DNA from: Minisyncoccota bacterium
Lineage (GTDB): Bacteria > Patescibacteriota > Microgenomatia > PFEM01 > JAFGMK01
Length of the DNA stretch: 64,000 nucleotides
Direction: 5' to 3'
Assembly: GCA_016927565.1 (NCBI GenBank)
Contig: JAFGMK010000015.1
Coordinates: 1,149-65,148 of the forward strand
Shown: positions 10,493 through 19,617 of the stretch, piece after piece
Layout of the letters: every line of letters starts with the position of its first letter
How positions within the stretch are numbered: the first letter of the stretch is position 1
Position numbers and translations under genes: made by a program
Notes under the pieces: model-generated
Seen by the model: only the letters and a program-made list of their open reading frames with translations
Told to the model about the DNA's origin: nothing
Database searches by the model: none

Positions 10493-11939
10493 TAAAAATA
10501 TACTTTCCTGGCTGGTGATCAGTCTTTTGTTGTTTGTTCCTCTTTATCCGAAGTTTCCTCTTTTTGAAGTGCCGGGAACATATGTTGCCGTCCGTTTGGA
10601 AGATTTTTTGATCGGAGGGGTTTTGTTGATTTGGTTCTTAAAAGAAATAAATCAGGGATGGCCGACTCTGAAACAGCGGGTTTCCCGGCTGGTTTTGCTT
10701 TATTTTTTGGCCGGATTGGTTTCGTTAGCCAATGCTCTGCTGATTAGCCGGGTGATTACTCCTCATTTGGCTTGGCTGCATTTCTTCCGGCGAATAGAAT
10801 ACATGTCTTTGTTTTTTGTTGCTTTGGCTTCAGTTCGGGAAAAAAGACACATCCTGAGCTATGCGCTAACTCTTTTTTTGGCCGCTGCCGGGGTTTTTCT
10901 TTTTGGTTTAGGTCAAAAATATCTCAATTGGCCGGTAATTTCGACGATGAACGAAGAGTTCAGCAAGGGAATGGCTTTGTATTTGAGCAAATGGACCAGG
11001 ATTAATTCTACTTTTGCCGGTCATTACGACTTAGCCGCCTTTGCGGTTTTAATTTTTTCTCCTTTCCTGGGTTTTATGATGGGGGTTAAAAGAAGGTGGC
11101 TGAAGCTGGCGGGGCTGACGGTAGCGGTAATGGCTTTTTATCTTTTAATTTTAACAGCTTCAAGAATTTCTTTCGGAGCGTATTTGATTAGCGCTGTTCT
11201 GGTCCTTTTTTGGCTAGGGAAAAAGAAATTGGCTTTGCCGTTGGTTGGTTTGAGTCTGGCAGTGATGCTTTTAACCGGAGACTTGGGGCAAAGATTTGCC
11301 GCTACTTTTAATCTTGATTTGAAACTGAACCTGCCGAAGATTAAATTAGGCCAGAAGAAAGTGGCTCAATTGCCGCAGGCAACAGTGACGCCATTACCGC
11401 CGCCGCCAGCGGAAAATCAGCCGGAGGTTGATGAACTAAAGCCAAAAAAGGCAACAGGTGAGGGCGAAATTCAGGAAAAAAAGAAAGCGACAGTCGAGGT
11501 TTATTTTCCCGAGCCCGAGTCGGTTGAATTGGCTGCTCAGCGATCGGGGGAGATCCGTTTTAAAGTTGAATGGCCGCGGGCAATAAGAGCTTTTCTGAAG
11601 AATCCTCTGGTAGGAACGGGATTTTCCTCAGTAACTCTGGCCACTGATAATGACTACTTACGGATTTTAGCCGAAACCGGCCTTTTGGGCGGAATTAGTT
11701 TTGCCTTGATTTTTTTGGAATTTTTCAAAAAGTTTTTTGTTTTTCACCGGAAAACCAAGTGGTGTCCTCAAAAGGCAGTAGTTACCGGCATCGCCGGAGC
11801 AATGGTCGGTTTTTTGGCAAACGCTGTTTTTATTGATGTTTTTGAGGCTTCCAAGGTGGCTTTTCTGTTTTGGATGCTTATGGGAATTATGGTGGGAACA
11901 ATTAATTTATATCAAACAAGGGATTTATTTCAAAATTAA
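10467..11939 (+). CDS. O-antigen ligase/polymerase-like (Wzy_C) membrane protein with an inserted Pro/Lys/Glu-rich low-complexity loop
   Basis: Multi-TM protein. C-terminal PLVGTGFSSV...DNDYLRILAETGLLGGISF matches O-antigen ligase family ends. About 90 aa of TPLPPPPAENQPEVDELKPKK... are inserted. Confidence 0.55.
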   Translation: MVRHSGWFDKNILSWLVISLLLFVPLYPKFPLFEVPGTYVAVRLEDFLIGGVLLIWFLKEINQGWPTLKQRVSRLVLLYFLAGLVSLANALLISRVITPHLAWLHFFRRIEYMSLFFVALASVREKRHILSYALTLFLAAAGVFLFGLGQKYLNWPVISTMNEEFSKGMALYLSKWTRINSTFAGHYDLAAFAVLIFSPFLGFMMGVKRRWLKLAGLTVAVMAFYLLILTASRISFGAYLISAVLVLFWLGKKKLALPLVGLSLAVMLLTGDLGQRFAATFNLDLKLNLPKIKLGQKKVAQLPQATVTPLPPPPAENQPEVDELKPKKATGEGEIQEKKKATVEVYFPEPESVELAAQRSGEIRFKVEWPRAIRAFLKNPLVGTGFSSVTLATDNDYLRILAETGLLGGISFALIFLEFFKKFFVFHRKTKWCPQKAVVTGIAGAMVGFLANAVFIDVFEASKVAFLFWMLMGIMVGTINLYQTRDLFQN

Positions 11940-11941
11940 AA

Positions 11942-13408
11942 ATGAAAAAAAAGACAGGGATAATTCTTATTTTGATTATTTTATTGGGATTCGGACTTCG
12001 TTTTTATAAGTTAAATATTCCCTTGGCCGATCATCATTCCTGGCGCCAGGCTGATACCGCGGCGGTTGCCCGGAATTTTGCCGAAGAAAATTTTGATTTT
12101 TTAAGGCCTCGGATTGATAACCTGGCTCCGCTTCATGCTCCTGACCTGCCGAATCCTCAGCGTCTTTTTTTGGCTGAGCCGCCAATTTACAATTCAATTG
12201 TAGCCGTTTTTTATCGCCTTTTTGGGGTGAAAGAAAGTCTTGCCCGCCTGGTTTCGGTCTTTTTTTATCTGGGATCGGGGTTTTTCCTTTTTTTCCTGTT
12301 AAAGGATGCCTTTTCTGAATCGATGGCGCTTTGGGCTGTATTTTATTTGGTTATTTTACCGTTCGGAGTTTTTTATTCCCGGGCTGTTTTACCGGAGTCG
12401 CTGATGATTTTTGTCAGTTCGGGAATGTTGTTTACTTTTTCCAGGTGGCTTGAGAAGAAAAGTCTTTTCAGTTTTTTGACGGCAACCGTTTTTGCCGCTT
12501 TGGCTTTGACCCAGAAAGCCTTTCCTTTTTTTCTGGGATTACCTATGGCTTATTTGCTTTTAAAAAAATGGGGGGTAAGTTTTTTAACTCAGAAAAAAAA
12601 AGCAATATCTCTTTTGGTCTATTTGGTTCTGATTTCAGCCCCGATTTTTTTCTGGCGGCAATGGATTCACAATTTTCCTCAGGGAATTCCTCCTTTTGAT
12701 TGGCTTTTTAATCAAGGAGGAATTCGCTTCCGGCCTGCTTTTTTCCGTTGGATTTTTTTTGAAAGGATCGGGAAACTAATTTTGGGAATCTGGGGATTAC
12801 CGCTTTTTTGCCTTGGTCTGGCGGTTAAAGTGAGAAGAAAATTTGGCTGGTTTTTTCATCTTTGGCTGATTGCCTTTTTAATCTATGTTTTTGTTTTGGC
12901 CTCCGGCAATGTCACTCATGATTATTATCAAATTCCCTTTTTGCCCCTGGCGGCCATTTTTTTGGCTCGGGGAACCGATTGGCTTCTCAAAGCTTCCGGA
13001 CAATCTTTTTCCCGGATAATTTCTTATCTGCTGTTTTTCATTTGTTCGGTTTTTATGCTGGCTTTTTCCTGGTATCAGGTAAGAGATTTTTATTTTATCC
13101 AGGGAGGAGTTGATCTGGCCGGCCGAGCAGTGGATTTATTGACCCCCAAAGAAGCTCTGGTTTTAACCGGTGATTCAAATGATGCCACTTTGCTTTATAA
13201 TTGCCATCGTCACGGCTTTACCGGCGGCTATGCCTCTTATTTCCCTAACGATCCGGAGTCTTTGGAAAGAGCCAGATCTCAAGGAGCCTCTGTTTATGTG
13301 ACGACTAAAATTAGCGAACTGGAATTTTCTGAGTTTGGCCGGTATCTGCGGGAAAACTATCAGTTGATTCAAGGGAGCAATCAGTATTTAATTTTTGACT
13401 TAAGATGA
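11942..13408 (+). CDS. GT-C fold membrane glycosyltransferase (GT39/ArnT-like)
   Basis: HHSWRQADTAAVARNF in the first periplasmic loop is typical of GT39/GT83-like enzymes. Polytopic. Confidence 0.65.
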   Translation: MKKKTGIILILIILLGFGLRFYKLNIPLADHHSWRQADTAAVARNFAEENFDFLRPRIDNLAPLHAPDLPNPQRLFLAEPPIYNSIVAVFYRLFGVKESLARLVSVFFYLGSGFFLFFLLKDAFSESMALWAVFYLVILPFGVFYSRAVLPESLMIFVSSGMLFTFSRWLEKKSLFSFLTATVFAALALTQKAFPFFLGLPMAYLLLKKWGVSFLTQKKKAISLLVYLVLISAPIFFWRQWIHNFPQGIPPFDWLFNQGGIRFRPAFFRWIFFERIGKLILGIWGLPLFCLGLAVKVRRKFGWFFHLWLIAFLIYVFVLASGNVTHDYYQIPFLPLAAIFLARGTDWLLKASGQSFSRIISYLLFFICSVFMLAFSWYQVRDFYFIQGGVDLAGRAVDLLTPKEALVLTGDSNDATLLYNCHRHGFTGGYASYFPNDPESLERARSQGASVYVTTKISELEFSEFGRYLRENYQLIQGSNQYLIFDLR

Positions 13409-14622
13409 AAATTTTGATGATTACGCCCTATTTGCCTTATCCGCCTTCCTCCGGGGGGCAGGTAAGGTCTTACAATCTTATCAAGCAATTGGCGACCCGT
13501 CATGAAATTACTCTTTTTTCTTTAATTAAAGACCCCGGTGAAAAAAAATATGTCAAAAAACTTTTACATTATTGTCGAAAGGTGGGCGTTTTTGCCAGAT
13601 CGAAAAAAGCCTGGAATCTTAAAAATATTTTACAGACCGGCTTTGGCCTTTTCCCCTTTTTAGTGGTCAGGAATTTTTCCTCTGAGGCTAAATGGGCTTT
13701 AGTCAAAGAGCTTAAGAATTATCATTACGATTTGATTCATGCGGAAACTTTTTATGTAATGCCCCATCTGCCGATGTCTGCGGTTCCGGTTTTGCTGGTT
13801 GAGCAGACAATCGAATATCAGGTTTACGCCCATTTTGCCAAAAACCTGACCGGTTGGGCCAGGCTTTTAAAACCACTGCTTTATCTTGACGTGGCTAAAC
13901 TCAGGTGGTGGGAAAAATACTATTGGCAAAAAGCCGAGGGGGTGATCGCTGTTTCGGAAGCGGATAAGAATAAAATGATGACTCTTTGCCCCCGGCTTAA
14001 AGTAGGGGTTGTGCCCAATGGAGCGGGAGAAGATTTGATGAAGCTTTGGGGGAAGACAAAGCCGGCTAAAAAGCCGACTTTCTTTTTCCAGGCCAATTTT
14101 AGCTGGTTGCAAAACATTGAAGCGGCTCGGATTTTGGCCAGAGAGGTTTTTCCCCGGATTAAAAAAGAAATTCCCGAGGCGGAGTGCTGGATTGTAGGCC
14201 AAAGCGCCAGAGATAAAATTGGCTCCTTGAGTTCGGCTGATGTTAAAATTGTTGATCTTAAGACAGCTGATATCAAAGGAGTGGTTGAGGCTTATAAGCA
14301 AGCTACTGTTTTCATTGCTCCTTTACAAGGTCCGGGAGGCACTCGGTTGAAAATCCTGGCGGCAATGGCAGCCGGAGTGCCGGTGATTACGACTCGCGTG
14401 GGGATTGAAGGAATTGATGCTCGTGATGGCCGGGAGATTATTATCAGGGATAATTGGTCTGAAATGGCCAGGGCGGCTGTTCTTTTGATTCGTCAGAAGA
14501 AAGCCCGTTTCGGGTTGGCCTACTCTGCCCGCAAATTGATCGAAAGGCGTTACAGTTATCAAAGCATTGCCCGGTCATTGGCCCGGGTTTATCGGGAGAT
14601 TGCCGATGAGAAAAAAAGTTGA
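13405..14622 (+). CDS. GT4 family glycosyltransferase
   Basis: MKILMITPYLPYPPSSGGQVRSYNL N-terminus typical of GT4. C-terminal GT-B domain. Confidence 0.75.
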   Translation: MKILMITPYLPYPPSSGGQVRSYNLIKQLATRHEITLFSLIKDPGEKKYVKKLLHYCRKVGVFARSKKAWNLKNILQTGFGLFPFLVVRNFSSEAKWALVKELKNYHYDLIHAETFYVMPHLPMSAVPVLLVEQTIEYQVYAHFAKNLTGWARLLKPLLYLDVAKLRWWEKYYWQKAEGVIAVSEADKNKMMTLCPRLKVGVVPNGAGEDLMKLWGKTKPAKKPTFFFQANFSWLQNIEAARILAREVFPRIKKEIPEAECWIVGQSARDKIGSLSSADVKIVDLKTADIKGVVEAYKQATVFIAPLQGPGGTRLKILAAMAAGVPVITTRVGIEGIDARDGREIIIRDNWSEMARAAVLLIRQKKARFGLAYSARKLIERRYSYQSIARSLARVYREIADEKKS

Positions 14623-15529
14623 TCTTTCAGTAATAATCCTCAGTTTTAATACCAGAAGCCTGCTTTATGATTGTCTTCGGTCAGTCTTGAAAGCGGCGAA
14701 AACGGCTTCTGCTTATCAAATTCAGATAATTGTGGTTGATAATGCTTCTAAAGATAAAAGCTCTCAGATGGTCAAAAAAGCCTTTCCTCAAGTTGGTTTA
14801 ATCCAAAACAGAAAGAATCTTGGTTTTTCTGCCGGGAACAATGTCGGGCTTAAAAAGGCCCGGGGAGGATATGTTCTGTTTTTAAATTCCGATACCATAG
14901 TTTCCCCCCGGGCTTTTCAGGAAATTATCACTTTTCTAAATCAGAATCCCGGGGCCGGAGCGGTTTCGGCTAAAACAATGCTGGCCAGCGGCAGGATGGA
15001 TCCCGACTGTCATCGGGGTTTTCCCACTCCCTGGGCCTCTTTGACCTATTTTTTGGGCTTAGAACGGCTTTTTCCCCGAAGCCGTATTTTTGGCCAGTAT
15101 CATCAGTTTTTTAAAAATCTGGATAAGGTTCACGAAATAGATGCCGGCGCAGGCGCTTTTATGGTTGTGAGGAGAAAGATGCTTCGGCAGGTTGGTAACT
15201 GGGATGAAGGTTATTTTTTTTACGGCGAAGATTTGGATTTTTTCTACCGGATTAAGAAAGGCGGCTGGCAGGTATTGTTTTATCCCCGTCCTTTATTAAC
15301 CCATTATAAGGGGGCCAGCTCAGGTTTGAGAAAAGAATCCCGGGGAAAGACCAGGCCGAGCCGGAAAACCCGTCTTCAGGTTGCCAGGGCTTCAGTTCAG
15401 GCGATGGAAATTTTTTACCGTAAGTTCTATCGGGATGTTTATCCCCGATGGCTAACCTGGCTCGTTCTTTTAGCCATCAGACTGAAAGGTTTTTTGAGAA
15501 TCACCGCTAATTATCTAAGAAAAGATTAA
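14606..15529 (+). CDS. GT2 family glycosyltransferase (start moved to ATG 14606, MRKKVDLSVIILSFN)
   Basis: VDLSVIILSFNTRSLL...VVDNASKDKS...LNSDTIV. The longer ORF would overlap the upstream gene by 56 nt. Confidence 0.7.
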   Translation: MRKKVDLSVIILSFNTRSLLYDCLRSVLKAAKTASAYQIQIIVVDNASKDKSSQMVKKAFPQVGLIQNRKNLGFSAGNNVGLKKARGGYVLFLNSDTIVSPRAFQEIITFLNQNPGAGAVSAKTMLASGRMDPDCHRGFPTPWASLTYFLGLERLFPRSRIFGQYHQFFKNLDKVHEIDAGAGAFMVVRRKMLRQVGNWDEGYFFYGEDLDFFYRIKKGGWQVLFYPRPLLTHYKGASSGLRKESRGKTRPSRKTRLQVARASVQAMEIFYRKFYRDVYPRWLTWLVLLAIRLKGFLRITANYLRKD

Positions 15530-15554
15530 TTCTGGCCGAATTAAAAGAGGTTTT

Positions 15555-16688
15555 ATGAGAATTGGGATTGATGCCCGCTTCTGGGGGCTGGAGCATACCG
15601 GTATTGGCCGCTATGTAATGGCCCTGGTTAGCCACCTTGAAAAAATTGACTCGGGAAATGATTACTTTATTTTTTTAAGAGAAAAATACTTTAACCGGCT
15701 GGAATTTTCCAATCCCCGGTTCAGAAAAGTTTTGGCTGATTTTCCTCATTATTCTTTAAAAGAGCAGATCGCTTTCCGGCGGGTTTTGCTCCGCCAGAAA
15801 CTTGATTTGGTTCATTTTCCCCATTTTAATTTGCCTGTTTTTTACCCCGGTCGTTTTGTGGTGACGATTCACGATTTGATTAAACATGAATCAAGGGGGC
15901 CTTTAACAACTACCCGCTTCAAAGCCTTTTATTACTTTAAATACCTGGGTTATTTACTGGTTCTGAATTTAGCCTTGAGGCGAGCGAAAAAAGTGATTGT
16001 TCCCAGTTTTTGGTGGAAACGAAAGTTAATCAAAAAATTCGGTCTGGAAGCGGATAAAATCGGAGTGACTTATGAATCGGTGAGTGAGGCTTTTTTTCGC
16101 AAAAATGATTTGAAGATCGGAAAGAAAATTTTGACCAAATATGGCATTCAGACTCCCTTTGTGATTTATACCGGCAATCTTTATCCTCATAAAAATGTTT
16201 TAACCTTAGTTAAGGCGATTAAAAAAATTAATCGGGAAAGGCGGCTTTTTTTAGTAATTGTTTGCGCCAAAAGTGTTTTTTGGCAGCGTTTCCAAAAAGA
16301 AATTAGTCAATTGGGGGCGGGAGATTTAGTTATTTTGGCCGGTTTTGTCTCTGATGCGGAGCTGACGAATCTTTATCGGTTGGCAGAGGCATTTGTTTTT
16401 CCGACTCTTTTGGAGGGTTTTGGCTTGCCGGGTCTGGAGTCAATGGCGGCTGGCTTGCCGGTTGTTTGTTCCCGCTCTTCTTGTTTGCCTGAGATTTATC
16501 AAAAAGCGGCTTTGTATTTTAACCCCAAAAAAGCGATTGATATTAAAGAAAAAATTGAACTGCTTTTGGAAAATAAATATCTACGAAAAGAACTTATTCG
16601 AAAAGGTAAAAGTCGGGTAAAGGGTTTTAGCTGGGAGAGGATGGCTCGGGAAACGATTGAGATTTATCAACAGGCAATTGAGGTTTAA
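15555..16688 (+). CDS. GT4 family glycosyltransferase
   Basis: MRIGIDARFWG... N-terminus; C-terminal EGFGLPGLESMAAGLPVVCS. Confidence 0.75.
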   Translation: MRIGIDARFWGLEHTGIGRYVMALVSHLEKIDSGNDYFIFLREKYFNRLEFSNPRFRKVLADFPHYSLKEQIAFRRVLLRQKLDLVHFPHFNLPVFYPGRFVVTIHDLIKHESRGPLTTTRFKAFYYFKYLGYLLVLNLALRRAKKVIVPSFWWKRKLIKKFGLEADKIGVTYESVSEAFFRKNDLKIGKKILTKYGIQTPFVIYTGNLYPHKNVLTLVKAIKKINRERRLFLVIVCAKSVFWQRFQKEISQLGAGDLVILAGFVSDAELTNLYRLAEAFVFPTLLEGFGLPGLESMAAGLPVVCSRSSCLPEIYQKAALYFNPKKAIDIKEKIELLLENKYLRKELIRKGKSRVKGFSWERMARETIEIYQQAIEV

Positions 16689-16703
16689 ATCAGCCTTCTT
16701 ACT

Positions 16704-17867
16704 TTGGAAATGAACGCCGGTGTGAAGACAGACTTAGATAAATTGCGCGTGGCCTTGGTTTATGATCGGGTCAATAAATGGGGTGGGGCGGAAAGAGTTT
16801 TATTGGCCCTTAAAAAAATTTTTCCTCAAGCTCCTCTTTTTACCAGCGTTTATTTACCAAAATCGGCTTCTTGGGCTAAAAATTGGCCGGTCAAACCCTC
16901 CTTCGGGCAAAGATTTCCTCTGGTTAAAAAACGGCATGAATTTTTTCCCTGGTTAATGCCGTTTATTTTTGAAAGCTTTGATTTTAGGGGTTATCAACTG
17001 GTAATTTCCGTTACCAGTGCCGAAGCCAAAGGAATTATCACACCGCCGGAAACATGTCATCTTTGTTATTGTCTGACGCCGACCCGATATCTTTGGAGCG
17101 GACGGCGGGTTTACTTTGATTCGCCGGGTTTTGGCTGGCTGGACGGAATTGCCAAAAAGGCTTATCGTTTTTTTCTGCCGTTTTTGTTAAGGTGGGATAA
17201 GGTAGCGGCGCAAAGGCCGGATAGTTATCTGGCCATTTCCGGAGAAGTTCGGCAAAGAATAAAAAAAAATTACCGGCGAGATGCGGAGATAATTTATCCG
17301 CCGGTAGACCTTGATAAATTTAAAATTAAAGATGATAAATTTAAGACCAGAAAAAAAAATTACTTCTTGGTGGTTTCCAGGCTGGTGCCTTATAAGCGGA
17401 TTGACTTGGTAATCGAAGCTTTTAATCAGCTTGACCGACCGCTTAAAATTGCTGGTATCGGCTCTCAGATGTCCTTTTTAAAGAAGATGGCGGGGCCGAA
17501 AATTGAATTTTTGGGCCAGTTGACAGAAAAGGCGCTTTTAAGCTACTATAATTCTTGCCGAGCGGTCATTTGCCCGCAGGAGGAAGATTTTGGCTTGGTT
17601 CCCCTTGAAGCTCAAGCTTGTGGTAAGCCGGTAATTTCTTACCAAGGAGGAGGGGCTTTAGAGACGGTCGTTAAAAACCGGACAGGGGAATTTTTTTATC
17701 CGCAAACAGCCGATGCCTTAGCCCGGACAGTACTCGGTTTTAATGTCGGCAGGTATTGTCCGGATGATTGTCGGAGAAACGCTCAAAGATTCAGCCAGAA
17801 ATTATTTATTAGGAAATTTACTAAGAAAACGGAGGAGATATGGAAAAAATTCTCTCAAGAAAATTAA
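16704..17867 (+). CDS. GT4 family glycosyltransferase
   Basis: GT-B fold with C-terminal EEDFGLVPLEAQACGKPVIS motif. Confidence 0.65.
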   Translation: MEMNAGVKTDLDKLRVALVYDRVNKWGGAERVLLALKKIFPQAPLFTSVYLPKSASWAKNWPVKPSFGQRFPLVKKRHEFFPWLMPFIFESFDFRGYQLVISVTSAEAKGIITPPETCHLCYCLTPTRYLWSGRRVYFDSPGFGWLDGIAKKAYRFFLPFLLRWDKVAAQRPDSYLAISGEVRQRIKKNYRRDAEIIYPPVDLDKFKIKDDKFKTRKKNYFLVVSRLVPYKRIDLVIEAFNQLDRPLKIAGIGSQMSFLKKMAGPKIEFLGQLTEKALLSYYNSCRAVICPQEEDFGLVPLEAQACGKPVISYQGGGALETVVKNRTGEFFYPQTADALARTVLGFNVGRYCPDDCRRNAQRFSQKLFIRKFTKKTEEIWKKFSQEN

Positions 17868-18970
17868 AAAAACACCTCTATGTCTCAATTCTTTGCGGGG
17901 GGGTGGGAACAAGACTCTGGCCGCGGTCGCGTAAAAAAACTCCTAAGCAGTTTATTGATCTTTTTGGGGAAAAAACGATTTTTCAAAGGACAATTGATCG
18001 GGCAAAAAAGATTACCACCCCGGATAAAATTTTTGTTGTTACCGGGTCGATTTACGTTGATCAGGTTTTAACTCAGGCGCCGGATTTACTTTTAAGAAAT
18101 ATCATTGCCGAACCGCAGGGTAAGGACACTGCTCTGGCAATGGCTGTCGGGACGGCTTTCATTTACCAAAAAGACCCCGAGGCAATAGTGATTAATCTGG
18201 CCTCTGATCATGCCATCCCGCTTAAAGAAACCGAAACGTTTGTTAAAGATCTTCACGCCGCGGCTCGAGCGGCTGAGGAATTAAAGGACAAAATAATTAC
18301 TGTCGGCATCAAGCCGTCTTATCCTCATACCGGCTATGGCTACATTGAAGCAGGTGATTATCAAACTAAAATTGCCGGCAAGAAAATTTATGAAGTGGCT
18401 CAATTTACGGAAAAGCCGGATCGTCAGACAGCTGAGAAATTTATTGCCACCAAAAAATATTTCTGGAATGCCAATCTTTATACCTGGAAAGCAAAAGTTT
18501 TCTTGGCGACAATTAAAAAAATTGCGCCTAAATTAAGCCAGTCAGTGGACAATATCAGGGAATCAATCGGCAAGTCGGCGGAGGCTAAAGTTCTACGACG
18601 GGTTTATAAAGAGGCAGAAAAGATCTCAATTGATTATGCCGTATCGGAGAAAGCTGAGAATCTGGCTTTAATTGCCGCTGATTTCGGCTGGGATGACATC
18701 GGCGATTGGAATGTGGTTTATGAACGGGCCAAAAAAGACAAAGACGGCAATGTGGTGATTAAATGGGGGGGCAATGGCGGTTATGTGGTGGTTGAAAGCA
18801 ATAATAACCTGATCCATTTTAATAATCAGTTGTTGGCTTTGGTTGGGGTAAAAGATCTGATTGTGGTTGATACTGACGATGCTCTTTTAATCTGTCACCG
18901 CCAGGAAGCTCAGAAGGCAAAAGAAATTGTTAATAAAATTAAAGAAGAAGGCAAGTTGAAATATTTATAA
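17840..18970 (+). CDS. manC: Mannose-1-phosphate guanylyltransferase (GDP-mannose pyrophosphorylase)
   Basis: ILCGGVGTRLWPRSRKKTPKQF N-terminal NTP-transferase motif and overall ManC/CpsB-like length. Confidence 0.7.
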   Translation: MEKILSRKLKKHLYVSILCGGVGTRLWPRSRKKTPKQFIDLFGEKTIFQRTIDRAKKITTPDKIFVVTGSIYVDQVLTQAPDLLLRNIIAEPQGKDTALAMAVGTAFIYQKDPEAIVINLASDHAIPLKETETFVKDLHAAARAAEELKDKIITVGIKPSYPHTGYGYIEAGDYQTKIAGKKIYEVAQFTEKPDRQTAEKFIATKKYFWNANLYTWKAKVFLATIKKIAPKLSQSVDNIRESIGKSAEAKVLRRVYKEAEKISIDYAVSEKAENLALIAADFGWDDIGDWNVVYERAKKDKDGNVVIKWGGNGGYVVVESNNNLIHFNNQLLALVGVKDLIVVDTDDALLICHRQEAQKAKEIVNKIKEEGKLKYL

Positions 18971-18984
18971 AAACAGAAGCTGAT

Positions 18985-19608
18985 ATGTTTTATGAGACAG
19001 TTAAAAGGGTTTTGGATCTTTTGGTGGCAGTCATTTTGGCGATTATATTTTCACCCTTTTTCCTGATTGTTCCGGTAATTATTAAATTGACTTCTCCGGG
19101 GCCGGTTTTCTACGGTCAAAAGAGAGTCGGCAAGAATGGCCGGGAATTTACCCTTTATAAATTCCGGTCAATGGTAGTCAATGCAGATGAAATTATTGCC
19201 AAAGACAAAGACCTGTTAAAAAAATTTCAGGATTCTGATTGGAAACTGGATATGAAGGATGATCCGAGGATTACTAAATTTGGGGCCTTTATTCGGACTT
19301 TTACCATTGATGAATTTCCTCAAATTTTAAATGTTTTTCGGGGGGAGATGAGCGTGGTTGGTCCCCGGGCTTACCGTCAGGAGGAAATAAAACAACAATT
19401 GGCTAAATATCCCAAGGCCAGATCCTTGATGAAAGATATTTTGAAGATAAAGCCGGGAATTACCGGACCCTGGCAAACCTCGGGTAGAAATGAAGTTCCT
19501 TTTCTTCAGCGAGCCAAACTGGATGCGGCTTACTATCGTTCCCGCTCGATTTGGCAGGATATCTTAATTTTATTGAAAACTCCCAAGGCGATGTTATCTA
19601 AATGGTAA
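18985..19608 (+). CDS. Polyprenyl-phosphate sugar-1-phosphate transferase (bacterial sugar transferase, WbaP/CpsE C-terminal type); initiating enzyme
   Basis: RVLDLLVAVILAIIFSPFFLIVPVIIKLTSPGPVFYGQKRVGKNGREFTLYKFRSM is the canonical Bac_transf domain. Confidence 0.8.
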   Translation: MFYETVKRVLDLLVAVILAIIFSPFFLIVPVIIKLTSPGPVFYGQKRVGKNGREFTLYKFRSMVVNADEIIAKDKDLLKKFQDSDWKLDMKDDPRITKFGAFIRTFTIDEFPQILNVFRGEMSVVGPRAYRQEEIKQQLAKYPKARSLMKDILKIKPGITGPWQTSGRNEVPFLQRAKLDAAYYRSRSIWQDILILLKTPKAMLSKW

Positions 19609-19617
19609 AATAGAAAA

